The position numbers and the translations under genes are program-made. DNA of 64,000 nt from Candidatus Latescibacterota bacterium (GTDB lineage Bacteria > Latescibacterota > UBA2968), in the NCBI GenBank assembly GCA_965207885.1, contig OZ242311.1:5856001-5920000 (forward strand), written 5' to 3'. This document shows, one piece after another, positions 9,403 to 19,258 of this stretch (positions are counted from its first letter, which is position 1; the number at the start of each line of letters is the position of its first letter). The notes under the pieces are model-generated. The model made no database searches. It saw only the letters and a program-made list of their open reading frames with translations, and was not told where the DNA came from.

Positions 9403-10917
9403 CTAAATCCCATACAACGGTTCGTACTTTGCCCTGAGATGCCGCATCAAGGGTTCATGGCTCAGGGGTTTTCCGGTTACGACTTCGATGAGTTCATTTG
9501 CGCGATAGCGTTGGCCTTGAGAATAGATTTTTTCCGTTAGCCAGTTCTTCAGGGGTTCAAATACGCCTTCGGCAAATTGTGCATTCAGGTCGCCTACTTC
9601 CTGGCGCGCTTGTTCAAAGAATTGCGCGGCGTACAAGTTGCCCAGGGCATAGGTTGGAAAGTACCCTATCCCTCCGCCGCTCCAGTGTATGTCTTGCAAA
9701 CACCCCAGGGCATCGTCCGGGGGTGTTAGTCCCAGATATTTTTCAAATGTTTCGTTCCAGACGCCGGGGACGTCTTCGGCTTTTAATCCGCCATTGATCA
9801 GTGCTTGTTCGAGTTCAAAGCGCAGCATGATGTGCAAATTGTACGTGGCTTCGTCGGCTTCTACGCGGATATATGAGGGGGCGACGGCGTTGATTGCGGC
9901 GTAGAAGTCGCGTTCGGATACGTCGTTTAGTGCGTCTGGGAATGCGGCTTGCACTTTGGGGTAGAAGTGTGCCCAAAATGCTTCACTGCGGCCGACGAAG
10001 TTTTCCCACATGCGCGATTGCGATTCGTGTATGCCCAGGGATACAGATCCTCCCATGGGCGTGCCGTAATGTTCGTCGTTTAAGCCCTGGTCGTATATGC
10101 CGTGGCCCGCTTCGTGCATGATGCTGAAGAATGATTCGGAAAAGAAGTGTGTGTTATACCGCGTGGTCAGGCGGGTGTCGCCCGGTCCAATGCCGCTGCA
10201 AAATGGGTGGGTGGTGATGTCTAAGCGCCCGTTGTCAAAGTTGAAACCGATTTGTGCGGCGGCGGTTTTTCCAAATTCTTCTTGTTGGTCTATGGGATAT
10301 GTGCGCGTTAGAATATTTTCATCGGGTTTTTTGCCGGATTCGGCGATTGCACCCACGAGTTCGACGAGTTCGTCGCGCAGGCCCGAGAAGACCCGGGTCA
10401 GGTTTTCAGTGGTTTCGCCGGGTTCGTAGTCGTCTAATAACGTGTCGTAAGATGTTTCGCCCGTGTTCAGCGCATTTACTTGTTGATGTTTCAGGTCGAG
10501 GATCTTTGTGAGGTGGGGTTGGAACAGGGCGTAATCCGATTTTTCGCGGGCTTCTCGCCATACTTGCTGCGAGATGGTGGCTACGCGGGCGAGTTCTTCG
10601 ACGAGGGACCGGGGCAGTTTGATAGCCCGATCGTAGTCCCGGCGGAGTTCTCGTATGTTGATTGCGGCTTCGGAATGCGGTTCGGAGATGAGGTCGCTGT
10701 TTTCTATTTCTGTGAGATAGTCGCCGATTTGAGGGGCGGTTGCACGTTCGTGTATCATGCCGGTGAGTAGTGCGAGTTGCTCGGCGCGATGCCCGGCTCC
10801 GCCTTTGGGCATGTAGGTCTGTTTGTCCCAGCCCAATACACCGGCACAGGATCCCAGGAGGGAAATTTGTTTTATTTCTGCAATCAATTTCTGATATGTG
10901 GATTCGACATCGGCCAT
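9403..10917 (-). CDS. Carboxypeptidase M32 (Taq family)
   Basis: HPF, HEAGH, HESQSR, IRVEADE, QDIHW, GYFPTYALG; start MADVES. Confidence 0.95.
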   Translation of the reverse strand: MADVESTYQKLIAEIKQISLLGSCAGVLGWDKQTYMPKGGAGHRAEQLALLTGMIHERATAPQIGDYLTEIENSDLISEPHSEAAINIRELRRDYDRAIKLPRSLVEELARVATISQQVWREAREKSDYALFQPHLTKILDLKHQQVNALNTGETSYDTLLDDYEPGETTENLTRVFSGLRDELVELVGAIAESGKKPDENILTRTYPIDQQEEFGKTAAAQIGFNFDNGRLDITTHPFCSGIGPGDTRLTTRYNTHFFSESFFSIMHEAGHGIYDQGLNDEHYGTPMGGSVSLGIHESQSRMWENFVGRSEAFWAHFYPKVQAAFPDALNDVSERDFYAAINAVAPSYIRVEADEATYNLHIMLRFELEQALINGGLKAEDVPGVWNETFEKYLGLTPPDDALGCLQDIHWSGGGIGYFPTYALGNLYAAQFFEQARQEVGDLNAQFAEGVFEPLKNWLTEKIYSQGQRYRANELIEVVTGKPLSHEPLMRHLRAKYEPLYGI

Positions 10918-11160
10918 TTTTGCTCCTTGTGATGGTTTTTCAATGCGATGCACAGTAGGACAAAATCTACGTGCCTTCCATGCACCCGTCAAGCTCAAAC
11001 ACGGTTCTTCAAGTATCCGTCGCGCCTCTGATCTTAAAAGCAGGATATTTGAGCGCACAATCAGAAAAGCACTTGAAAGAAGACACAATTCTGAGTATGC
11101 TTTGTGAGGCTTGTCTTGTTATGAGGCGCATGCTATGCTTTCGATGGCGGAAAGAGATGT

Positions 11161-11919
11161 ATGAAAAATAATCGCGATATTATCCAGGCACTTGTCGATG
11201 CGTTTCCAACAGAACCCGTGTGTGTGGCTGATGCGCTGTCGGATGGGCGGTTTTTTCTGGATGAGAAATACGATGCGCTGTCCCGGCGGCTCGGTGAGGT
11301 GTTCTGGTTGCCGGTGTCACATGCTTATGTCGTGTTCTGTTATGCGTATAGTGCGCTGTTTGGCATTCCAGATTTTACGCGTGAAGCCCTGATGCGGCAG
11401 CCCGATCGGTTTTCGCAGAAGCGTTTGGCACTGACGATTCGCTCGACGAGTGGCTTTGTGCTCGATGGTTTTGGCTATGACCGCCGCACGGAGCGGTATC
11501 GCAAAGATATTTATTGGCCCGGTCCGGTTATTCGCACTGTGCATGTGGAGAGTCCCAGGCACAATAAGGCGCGGATTTCCAATCCGGCAATGGCGTATTT
11601 TGGGTATCATCTCATCCGCGCAGCGGAATGGCTTTCTGTACATTGCAAGGATGCGGATTTTTCCAGAGAACGTCGTCGGCACTATGATTTTGTTGGTGAC
11701 TTTTTCCGCACGGCTGATTATCCTTTCCCTGTGGATCGCGGAGAGGCGAGGGAGTTTTCGAGACAGGTTGATGGGTTGCTCGCCGGAGATGACTGTGCGG
11801 ATTGCTGGCACAACATCCGTCATGCGGCGAGAGATCTGGACGTGGATCTCGATCTCGAAGATCTCGCGTCTTTTCTGCCCAGACGCACGGGTGCGTTTTT
11901 TAGACAGGTTATTTTTTAA
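11161..11919 (+). CDS. Hypothetical protein, possibly MpaB/Lcp-like oxygenase fold
   Basis: Long ORF; KRLALT...IRTVH...ISNPAMAY pattern is only reminiscent of that family. Confidence 0.4.
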   Translation: MKNNRDIIQALVDAFPTEPVCVADALSDGRFFLDEKYDALSRRLGEVFWLPVSHAYVVFCYAYSALFGIPDFTREALMRQPDRFSQKRLALTIRSTSGFVLDGFGYDRRTERYRKDIYWPGPVIRTVHVESPRHNKARISNPAMAYFGYHLIRAAEWLSVHCKDADFSRERRRHYDFVGDFFRTADYPFPVDRGEAREFSRQVDGLLAGDDCADCWHNIRHAARDLDVDLDLEDLASFLPRRTGAFFRQVIF

Positions 11920-12011
11920 TTGAGTTATAATGTAGGAGGCATGATATGTCGAAGAGCCTCTTTAACAAGGTCGCTCATTCTCTCTTTACTCTCTTCAAAA
12001 GGAGGCGTCAC

Positions 12012-12251
12012 ATGGCCCGGATAGAAATTGAATATTGTGCATCTTGAGGCTATGAACCACAATCCGTCGGGATGACGGATCAAATTGTCAATGCGTTTAA
12101 GCAGGATATCGAAGCTATTACCCTGATTCCGTCCAGCGGTGGTCGCTTTGAGGTTACGGTTGATGGCGAACTGGTGTTCTCAAAACTCAAGGAGAAACGC
12201 TTTCCCGAATACGAGGAAATTCAACCGCATATTCAAAGTCGGATTTCGTGA
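12012..12251 (+). CDS. Rdx (SelW/SelT/SelH) family selenoprotein with in-frame UGA
   Basis: MARIEIEYCASUGY...SSGGRFEVTVDGELVFSKLKEKRFPE; UGA at 12045-12047; GGAGG RBS. Confidence 0.9.
12062..12080 (+). promoter_or_regulatory. Putative bacterial SECIS hairpin
   Basis: atccgtc-gggat-gacggat, perfect 7-bp stem starting 15 nt after the UGA. Confidence 0.75.
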
Positions 12252-12272
12252 ATTGGGGATGCAGGAAATAAA

Positions 12273-12300
12273 TGAGCCGGGGTAAAAAAACTCCGGCTCA
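12273..12300. terminator. Hairpin between the Rdx and oxidoreductase genes
   Basis: tgagccgggg...ctccggctca. Confidence 0.45.
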
Positions 12301-12312
12301 AAGGAGGCTTTC

Positions 12313-13350
12313 ATGAGCGATCTCAATGTCGGCATTGTTGGACTCGGCTGGGTAGCTGGGGCGCATATTGATACGTTTAAGGCGGTCAATGGTGCAAATG
12401 TCACGGCGATATGTTCTCGCCGGGATCACAACGAAGATGATCTTGCAGCAGAATACGGCACGCCTTTGAAGGCGTATAAGAATTACGATGAGATGATCGC
12501 AGATCCCGATATTCATATTATCGATATTTGCACGCCGCACAAATTTCACGCCGATCAAGCGGTTGCGGCTGCCGAGGCGGGCAAACACTTGCTGATCGAA
12601 AAGCCTATATGTCTGTCTTATGAGGATCTCAAACGGGTGCGCGATGCGATTGTAGCAGCCGGTGTGCAATCATGTGTGTGTTTTGAGTGTCGCTTTAGTG
12701 CGCACTTTTCTATGATCCGCTCGATTATTGACGAGGGGTTGCTCGGCGAGTTGCACTATGGCGAGGTTGATTACTACCACGGGATTGGTCCCTGGTATGG
12801 TCAATTTGAATGGAATGTGAAGAAGGATTTTGCCGGGTCGAGTTTGCTCACCGCGGGGTGTCACGCCCTGGATGCGTGTCTGTTTTTCATGGATGGCGAT
12901 GTGGAGGAGGTGACCAGTCTGGCGACGAGATCGAGGTCCGAGATTTTTGAGCCTTATGAATACGATACCACCACGGTTTCTCTTCTCAAATTTGCCAATG
13001 GGAATGCGGCGAAGGTGACGTCGTGTGTCGATTGCTTGCAGCCCTATTATTTTCATATTCATCTCGTGGGTTCCGAAGGCAGCTTGCTGGATAATCGGAT
13101 CTATTCGCACAAGTTGCACGGTATGAGCAAAGAGAGGTGGAGTACGCTCGAGACATCGCTGATTGATTCTGGCGATGTGGCAGATCATCCCTATGAGCCG
13201 CAGTTCCAGGCTTTTGTGGATGGTATTAATGCCAATGAGCCGATGGAGCGCACGAATTTTGATATTGCTTTTGAGACCCACCGCGTCAATTTTGCCGCTG
13301 ATCTTTCGGCGTCGGAGGGCCGCACGGTCAATCTTTCGGAATTTGATTGA
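12313..13350 (+). CDS. Gfo/Idh/MocA-family oxidoreductase
   Basis: [23 protein letters not shown]. Confidence 0.9.
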   Translation: MSDLNVGIVGLGWVAGAHIDTFKAVNGANVTAICSRRDHNEDDLAAEYGTPLKAYKNYDEMIADPDIHIIDICTPHKFHADQAVAAAEAGKHLLIEKPICLSYEDLKRVRDAIVAAGVQSCVCFECRFSAHFSMIRSIIDEGLLGELHYGEVDYYHGIGPWYGQFEWNVKKDFAGSSLLTAGCHALDACLFFMDGDVEEVTSLATRSRSEIFEPYEYDTTTVSLLKFANGNAAKVTSCVDCLQPYYFHIHLVGSEGSLLDNRIYSHKLHGMSKERWSTLETSLIDSGDVADHPYEPQFQAFVDGINANEPMERTNFDIAFETHRVNFAADLSASEGRTVNLSEFD

Positions 13351-13370
13351 TGGGATGATGAGAATCGCAG

Positions 13371-13406
13371 AAACCCACTCGCGAGGATGGCGGGTGGGTT
13401 TTTTTT
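13371..13406. terminator. Bidirectional intrinsic terminator
   Basis: aaacccactcgc...gcgggtgggttttttt between convergent genes. Confidence 0.75.
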
Positions 13407-14175
13407 ATTTTTGCGAGAGATTAAAGAGCAGGATGCCGGTTGCGACTGCGATGTTGAGCGATTCGACCGGGGCGGCCATGGGTATGGTGACGGTGTGGTC
13501 GGATAGAGGGAGGAGGGCGGGGTCGATGCCAAAGGCTTCGTTGCCGAGGAGGAGGGCAACGGGTTTTTTGGTTTGGAGATTGTGGAAGGAGATGCCGCTG
13601 GTGTGTGCTGCGATGATCCGGATGTTGCGCTGGCGGAGTTGGTGTAACAGGGCGGGTCCGTCCTGGAGGGGGAAGACGGGCATGCGAAAGATGGCGCCCA
13701 TGGTGGCGCGCACGACTTTGGGGTTATAGATTTCGACCGATCCGCGGGTGAGAAAGATGCCTTTGCATCCGGCGGCTTCGGCTGTTCGCATGATGACGCC
13801 CAGGTTGCCAGGGTCAGAGACGCGGTCGAGGATGAGGAATGGGCCATTGGTGTTGAGGACGGTTTTGGGATCATAGGTGGGCATTGATACCACGCCGAGT
13901 ACGCCTTGCGGTGTGTCGGTGTCTGACATGTGTTTGAAGGCGCGCCAGTCGGTTTGCTGGATGGGGATGCGTTGTGCAAGGGTCGTCTGGTAGAGGTTTT
14001 CGAGGCGTGTGTTGCGGGCGATGCTTTCGCGGCAGAAGATGAGTTGTTCGAGGGTGTCACTGCTTTTGAGTGCTTCTTCGCAGAGGCGGATGCCCTCTAT
14101 GAGGTATTTTTGTTCTGCCTGACGCATTTTGCGGCGTTTCAGGTTCAGTATTTTTTTGGCGTTTTTGATGGCCAT
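13405..14175 (-). CDS. TrmH/SpoU-family RNA methyltransferase
   Basis: DPGNLGVIMRTA, LGNEAFG, IPM...ESLNIAVA. Confidence 0.92.
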   Translation of the reverse strand: MAIKNAKKILNLKRRKMRQAEQKYLIEGIRLCEEALKSSDTLEQLIFCRESIARNTRLENLYQTTLAQRIPIQQTDWRAFKHMSDTDTPQGVLGVVSMPTYDPKTVLNTNGPFLILDRVSDPGNLGVIMRTAEAAGCKGIFLTRGSVEIYNPKVVRATMGAIFRMPVFPLQDGPALLHQLRQRNIRIIAAHTSGISFHNLQTKKPVALLLGNEAFGIDPALLPLSDHTVTIPMAAPVESLNIAVATGILLFNLSQK

Positions 14176-14178
14176 GGG

Positions 14179-14328
14179 CTATGGGGTGTGGTTTTTGGTG
14201 ATGGTGGCGCGCAGTTCACGCAGTTCTTCCCATATTGCTTTTTCGCGTTTGGACAGGCTTAAGAAGTAGAGCAGGATGGCGACCCATATTATGATGTACG
14301 CCGCGGTCATGTATTCGAGGTGTTGCAT
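14179..14328 (-). CDS. ccmD: CcmD-family heme exporter small membrane protein (49 aa)
   Basis: MQHLEYMTAAYIIIWVAILLYFLSLSKRE..., GGAGG RBS, directly after ccmC; below ORF-track cutoff. Confidence 0.75.
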   Translation of the reverse strand: MQHLEYMTAAYIIIWVAILLYFLSLSKREKAIWEELRELRATITKNHTP

Positions 14329-14346
14329 AAGTTCCTCCGGAAAAAA

Positions 14347-15024
14347 TCATATTTCGGCTTTGAGTGATTCGAGTTCGTCTTGTGCTTTTGCGAGTGATAC
14401 GCGCTTGAAGAGCAGGGCGAAAAAGAGCGCGAAGAAGGTGATGACGCAAAAGAAAAAAGCGATTTTCATGTCGGGTGGCAGGCTGATTTCTTCGCCGCGA
14501 ACCACTTCGGGATGGTGCGTGCGCCACAGTTTGGTGGCGTAGTGGATGAAGGGTACGTTGAGGAAGCCGATTATGCCGAGTACTGCGCGATAGCGCGCAC
14601 TTTGAACTGCGTCTTCGATGTAGGTGCGCAACATGTGATACGCCGCGAGAATGAGCCAGAGTATGAGGGTGAGGGTGAGTTGTGCATCCCAGACCCACCA
14701 CGCGCCCCAGATGGGTTTTGCCCAGATCGCGCCTGTGATTAAGACCAGGGTGCCAAAGAGCAAGCTCACTTCGGCTGAACACGCCGCCCATAAGTCGCAG
14801 TTTTTGTCGCGTTTCCAGAGATAGAAGATGCTAAAGACGAAGCAGAGAAAGCTTCCCAAGAACATTGAGAAAGCAGATGGGACGTGGTAGTAGAAGATTT
14901 TTTGTGCCAGTCCCATTTCTTTTTCTATTCCGGCGTAAATGAATACCAGATAGGGCGCGATAGATAGGCAGATGAGCGCGAGAATGCCGAAGACAAATGG
15001 AAGGATGTAGGGTTTTTGGGGCAT
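14347..15024 (-). CDS. ccmC: Heme exporter / cytochrome c assembly protein CcmC
   Basis: YYHVP, TGAIWAKPIWGAWWVWD, WRTHHP. Confidence 0.92.
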   Translation of the reverse strand: MPQKPYILPFVFGILALICLSIAPYLVFIYAGIEKEMGLAQKIFYYHVPSAFSMFLGSFLCFVFSIFYLWKRDKNCDLWAACSAEVSLLFGTLVLITGAIWAKPIWGAWWVWDAQLTLTLILWLILAAYHMLRTYIEDAVQSARYRAVLGIIGFLNVPFIHYATKLWRTHHPEVVRGEEISLPPDMKIAFFFCVITFFALFFALLFKRVSLAKAQDELESLKAEI

Positions 15025-15026
15025 TG

Positions 15027-15698
15027 TCAATCCTCCAGGACATATTCGAATAAGAGCAGGCATGCGGCGATGTAGAGTGTGACAAAGGCTCCGCTGAGCA
15101 CGAGCCAGTCTGTGATTTCACTGCCTTCGAGAACTGCGCGAAAGGATTCGATGGCTGCGAGAAGTGCCGGGATGAAAATGGGCAGTGTGAGCAGGGGCAA
15201 GAAGGCTTCTCGCAGTCGGGTGTTGAGCGACATTGCAGAGAAGAGGGTGCCAATGGCTGCAAGACCGAGGGTGCCCAGCAAGATGGGCAGAATTAGACGC
15301 GGGAGTGCTTGTGCGATTTGCAGGTTGAGGAAGATGACGATGATGGGCAAGATGAGTGCCTGGAGTATGAGCATGGTGAGGATGTTGCCCAGCATTTTGC
15401 CCAAAAAGATCGCGCCCGGGTCCGCAGGTGTGAGGCGCAGTCCCATCAGGCAGTCATTTTGTGTTTCGATGGCATAAGATCTGCTCAGGCCCAGTAGCCC
15501 TGCAAAAGCTGTGGCGATCCAGAAGATGCCGGGGGCTACGGTTTTTATGATTGGCGATCCGGGTTCATATGTAAAATTGAAGATGATGACGACCAGAAAT
15601 GCGAAGAAGGCCATGGCGCTGAGGCGTTCTCTGGTGCGCCATTCGGTTTTGAGATCTTTTTGGAGAATGGCGAGGGTTTGTGTGAAGAAAAGAGGCAT
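15027..15698 (-). CDS. ccmB: Heme exporter permease CcmB
   Basis: KDLKTEWR, IFLGK, LPLLTLP. Confidence 0.9.
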   Translation of the reverse strand: MPLFFTQTLAILQKDLKTEWRTRERLSAMAFFAFLVVIIFNFTYEPGSPIIKTVAPGIFWIATAFAGLLGLSRSYAIETQNDCLMGLRLTPADPGAIFLGKMLGNILTMLILQALILPIIVIFLNLQIAQALPRLILPILLGTLGLAAIGTLFSAMSLNTRLREAFLPLLTLPIFIPALLAAIESFRAVLEGSEITDWLVLSGAFVTLYIAACLLLFEYVLED

Positions 15699-15700
15699 TT

Positions 15701-16411
15701 TCAAAGGGTGGTTTTGTTTTCGTAGAGGGTTTGCAATTCGGATTCACTGATGTCTTTTGTCGATGCTTCGTGTACCAATTGGCCCTGGAAGAGGATGCCA
15801 AAGCGGTCTGCGAGTGCGAGGCCCCGCGCGAGGTCGTGTGTGACCAGGAAAATGGTGCGTCCTTCTGCTTTGAGGGTGGTGATTATGCTGGATAATACCG
15901 ACTGAGCCGATGTATCGAGGCCGGTGAAGGGTTCGTCGAGCAGGAGGATCGATGGGTGGTGTAAGATGGCCCGGGCAATGGCCAATCGCTGTTTCATGCC
16001 CCGTGAGAATTTTTGTATCCGATCGCGCTGGCGATTTTTCAGGCCAGCGGCGAGGAGGACTTCTTCAATGCGGGTATTGAGGTTTTGGAGACCGTACATG
16101 CGTCCGTAAAATGCGAGGTTTTCACGCGCCGTGAGGTCGTCGTAGAGCATGGTTTGATGCGAGATAAATCCGATGTTTTTTCGTATTTCATGCGGGTTGC
16201 GCCGGGTGTCTATACCGCTGACCCAGATGTCGCCCGATGATGGTTTTGATAGTGTGGCGATAAGGCGCAACAGGGTTGTTTTGCCCGCTCCGTTTGGGCC
16301 AAAGAGTGCAAATATACATCCCGTTGGTACGGTGAGGTTTATGTTTTGCAGGGCCGTGATATGACCAAAACGGCGGGTTGTGTTCTGTATGTCGATGGCC
16401 GATGTGTTCAT
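15701..16411 (-). CDS. ccmA: Heme ABC exporter ATP-binding protein CcmA
   Basis: GPNGAGKTT, FSRGMKQR, LLLDEP; adjacent to ccmB. Confidence 0.88.
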   Translation of the reverse strand: MNTSAIDIQNTTRRFGHITALQNINLTVPTGCIFALFGPNGAGKTTLLRLIATLSKPSSGDIWVSGIDTRRNPHEIRKNIGFISHQTMLYDDLTARENLAFYGRMYGLQNLNTRIEEVLLAAGLKNRQRDRIQKFSRGMKQRLAIARAILHHPSILLLDEPFTGLDTSAQSVLSSIITTLKAEGRTIFLVTHDLARGLALADRFGILFQGQLVHEASTKDISESELQTLYENKTTL

Positions 16412-17439
16412 TAGTTGCTATCTGACAGATCAATGACTTCGGCTTTGAGGGCATTGCGCCTGTTTTTGTAATCGTCTTCTGAGAGTTCGCCGCTTTCATA
16501 TCGCTCGTCGAGGTCGGCGATTTGTTCGAGCAGTATTGTGCGCCGATTGGGCACTGTTTTGAGCGTGCGCATGTACAGGACGAGGATTGCGACGACGACC
16601 ATACTGGCAGCAGCGATCCATATTGGGGTTTGTAAGTTGGATGCGGTCTCGGGCGATGAGAGTGCGATGTCGATCTGTGTGCCGGGCGCGAGTTGTTCGG
16701 CGCCAAAGCGCCGAAAGACATTGGTGCCCAATGTCACGTCCCCGAGGTCTCGAAGTACTGTTGTGGAGACGGGAGTATCAGTCGGCTGGACGAGCAAGTC
16801 CATGCCCGCGGTGGGATAAGTGATGCGTTGTGCGATGCGGTTGGACGGGGGTATGGAGAATGTGAAAAAGGTCTGGCTATTTCCGGGGATGATGGGACGC
16901 GGATCTACGAGTAATGTGCCGTGCAGGTGTACGCCTTGCGGTGCGCGGATAAAGTCGGTTACGCCGTCGGGCAGGGGTATTTCCAGGCCGTGACCGTGGT
17001 CGCCGCCCGTGAGGTAGGTGCGGTCGCCGTGGTTGTGGACGATGAAGATGTACGTGGCCGTGCCAGCCTGGGCGTCGAGGAGGATGTGGTGTGAAGATAG
17101 GGATATGGCGGTGTCGGATTCCGTGGTTTCAAATACGGGGATGTCAACGGTGTCGCCCGCGGGTGCCGGGTTGCCGGGATAGTCTATGCCGTTGTATCGG
17201 GCAAATAGCATGGGCGGTGGTTCGGCGCCCGGGTCTGAGGGAACGTCGAGGATGAATTGGCCTTTGCTGTCGGTGGTGTCGCGCATTACAGTGACGTCTC
17301 CAGTCTCATGGAGGATGTACGAGACTTCGACATCGGGTTCGGGACGGTTGAGGGTCTGGTTGATGACGCGACCCGTGAGCGCGAAGAGAGGGGTGGAAAT
17401 AAAAAGTATGAGAAATACCACATATGTCTGCCGTTCCAT
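16411..17439 (-). CDS. ccm-associated membrane-anchored hypothetical protein
   Basis: Signal peptide, beta-rich periplasmic part, TM helix, C-terminal IADLDERYESGELSEDDY. Confidence 0.6.
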   Translation of the reverse strand: MERQTYVVFLILFISTPLFALTGRVINQTLNRPEPDVEVSYILHETGDVTVMRDTTDSKGQFILDVPSDPGAEPPPMLFARYNGIDYPGNPAPAGDTVDIPVFETTESDTAISLSSHHILLDAQAGTATYIFIVHNHGDRTYLTGGDHGHGLEIPLPDGVTDFIRAPQGVHLHGTLLVDPRPIIPGNSQTFFTFSIPPSNRIAQRITYPTAGMDLLVQPTDTPVSTTVLRDLGDVTLGTNVFRRFGAEQLAPGTQIDIALSSPETASNLQTPIWIAAASMVVVAILVLYMRTLKTVPNRRTILLEQIADLDERYESGELSEDDYKNRRNALKAEVIDLSDSN

Positions 17440-17491
17440 GTATCTCCCTGTTTTTTGAAAATAGCGGTGTCCCTGTATTTCGTCATGCTTT

Positions 17492-17600
17492 GAATCATAC
17501 TCTAACCTACTCAATATCATCAACCTGCCCAAAACAGTCAATCTTTATTGATTCATCCACTGGCAGAGCATTCGTCGCGTGAACACACGCAACACAATGA
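17492..17600. pseudogene. Chimeric remnant: Rpn-gene fragment joined to a DUF433 3' end
   Basis: 17493-17580 aligns by eye with 18369-18456; aacacacgcaacacaatga matches 21015-21033. Confidence 0.7.
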
Positions 17601-17649
17601 GTTTATTTTCGGACTTGTTCACTTTTGAAGTCACACATCGCGTTTACTC

Positions 17650-17717
17650 AATCCATAACTTCTGGCAAACAACAAAGGCTACGTCTTTCGAGGCGTAGCC
17701 TTTCTCATTTTCTTTTT
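17650..17717 (+). repeat. Repeat A copy 1 (terminator-like hairpin)
   Basis: ataacttctggcaaacaacaaaggctacgtctttcgaggcgtagcctttctc. Confidence 0.9.
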
Positions 17718-17724
17718 GTTCAAT

Positions 17725-17859
17725 CTATCCCATAACCTCTATTTTCACATCTCCAGTTGTGCCATCATAAGAAAGCCCAACAAGAACCATCATTGTTGGG
17801 CCTGATGCGATTAGGTCATCCGGATTCTCAAATCCTACTTTGGTAGATTTTGTTGGCAT
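17725..17859 (-). pseudogene. 44-aa ORF, probably an internally deleted retropepsin-like protease gene
   Basis: MPTKSTKVGFENPDDLIASGPTMMVLVG fused to LSYDGTTGDVKIE; no DTG core. Confidence 0.4.
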
Positions 17860-18134
17860 TGTGCGCTCTCAAATTTAATAGTGGGAGCTGCACTCAAAAC
17901 TGTAGGTAATCCACTTCTGTATAGACTTTCTGGTGCTCCAACTTGAAGGATCAAGAAAACGCGGTCTCTGAATTTTTTGACAGCTTCGAGTATCGCTTCA
18001 TCCTCCGTATCAAAGACCCCATTGAGTTCACCTTCGTAGATAATGATCCACTTACCAAAGTGGTCAAGCTCAAGCCCTTCTTCGCACAATTTGTTGTACG
18101 CGGAAATTTCATCTTTAAGTGTCCTGGCCTTCAT
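17835..18134 (-). CDS. Small DUF5678-like protein
   Basis: HFGKWIIIYEGELNGVFDT..EA....FLILQVG. Confidence 0.55.
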   Translation of the reverse strand: MKARTLKDEISAYNKLCEEGLELDHFGKWIIIYEGELNGVFDTEDEAILEAVKKFRDRVFLILQVGAPESLYRSGLPTVLSAAPTIKFESAQCQQNLPK

Positions 18135-18256
18135 GGCTGCATCTCTCTTTGGGTTGGAGTATCTCTTTAAGATTTTTTACAATAGGTCTTCCATGATCTA
18201 TTGTCAACACATTGTATGAGGCAAGGAGACCTTCAATGGCGCGTTGCCTACCCGCC

Positions 18257-18964
18257 TTACTCTCTGCCTTGCTCAATGCCTTCTTGCTTAATGTATTGTG
18301 CAAAAGACGATTCACGCATAATAGCATCCATAAGACCCTCCTGTGATAGAATACGATTGATTAGTGTCGAATCATACTCTAACCCACTCAATATCATCAA
18401 CCGACCCAAAAGGTCAACTTTTATTGATTCATCCATCGGCAGCGCATTCGTCGCGTCAACACAGTGACGCAACCACGCCTCCGAATCCATTCCAGCAGGA
18501 CGTTTCATCAAAGGCACGAACGGAAACAAGCCCGAAGGTCCGCCATCAATAATGTCCTGTCCTTCTATCTCACTGAGCCGAATCACTCTGTATTCTACCA
18601 AAACATCATAGCCGGGCAAGTCCTGGATATAGCGTCCCGGATCGCGCCGACCTGCACTGCGCCGCAAGTAGATCACACTGGAATAAATCGGCAGACCGTG
18701 ATGCCCAATCGCACGCATAATATAGCCAGCCATGCGGCGTGGCATAGATGGGTCGTCAGTGGTTTGAAATTTGTAGTGTATCAATGCCTCCTCACCTGCG
18801 ATATGGGTGCGGATGAGGCTATCGGTATGCCGTGTATCAACCGTGTCTTGCTCTGTGTCGAGTATGTCCAGAACTTCTACATCGTCCTGTCCAAACGTGA
18901 ATCGGATGAAGTCTTTGGGATAGGTCTGGATGAGATGTTTGGAGATGGTTTCGTATTTGGCCAT
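18257..18964 (-). CDS. Rpn/YhgA-like (PD-(D/E)XK-type) protein, C-terminally truncated
   Basis: TDSL...HYKFQT..DPSMPRRM..Y; MRESSFAQYIKQEGIEQGRE then premature TAA. Confidence 0.7.
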   Translation of the reverse strand: MAKYETISKHLIQTYPKDFIRFTFGQDDVEVLDILDTEQDTVDTRHTDSLIRTHIAGEEALIHYKFQTTDDPSMPRRMAGYIMRAIGHHGLPIYSSVIYLRRSAGRRDPGRYIQDLPGYDVLVEYRVIRLSEIEGQDIIDGGPSGLFPFVPLMKRPAGMDSEAWLRHCVDATNALPMDESIKVDLLGRLMILSGLEYDSTLINRILSQEGLMDAIMRESSFAQYIKQEGIEQGRE

Positions 18965-19258
18965 GTGAAATACCTCGCGTCTGATGGGGTGAGTAAGTGG
19001 GATACGCGCAACATTCAGACCTAAAGCAAATGGCAGGCCAAAAATGGTAATTCTCCAAAAATTGAGCGATAATTTGTGTTAGAATATGTCTAAATACTTT
19101 AAATATGATATTTTACGCACTTGTTCACAATCTGAATTTAAATCTGCAGATGGCCGCACAGCCGCACAGATGAAAGGCGAGAGGGTACATTTTGAGCGAT
19201 GAATGGGCAGTCAGGTGAAAGATATGTACCGCTTGACCATGTGGTGATGATTCTTGCG

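Noticed and set aside
10918-11160. Possible ncRNA or ORF extension upstream of the carboxypeptidase
   Set aside because: No recognisable riboswitch or tRNA structure; the AAGGAG RBS supports a start at 10917.
17440-17541. Extended N-terminus of the 376-aa ORF
   Set aside because: It is in-frame read-through of the Rpn fragment (LGRLMILS.LEYDS); the GGAG RBS supports ATG 17439.
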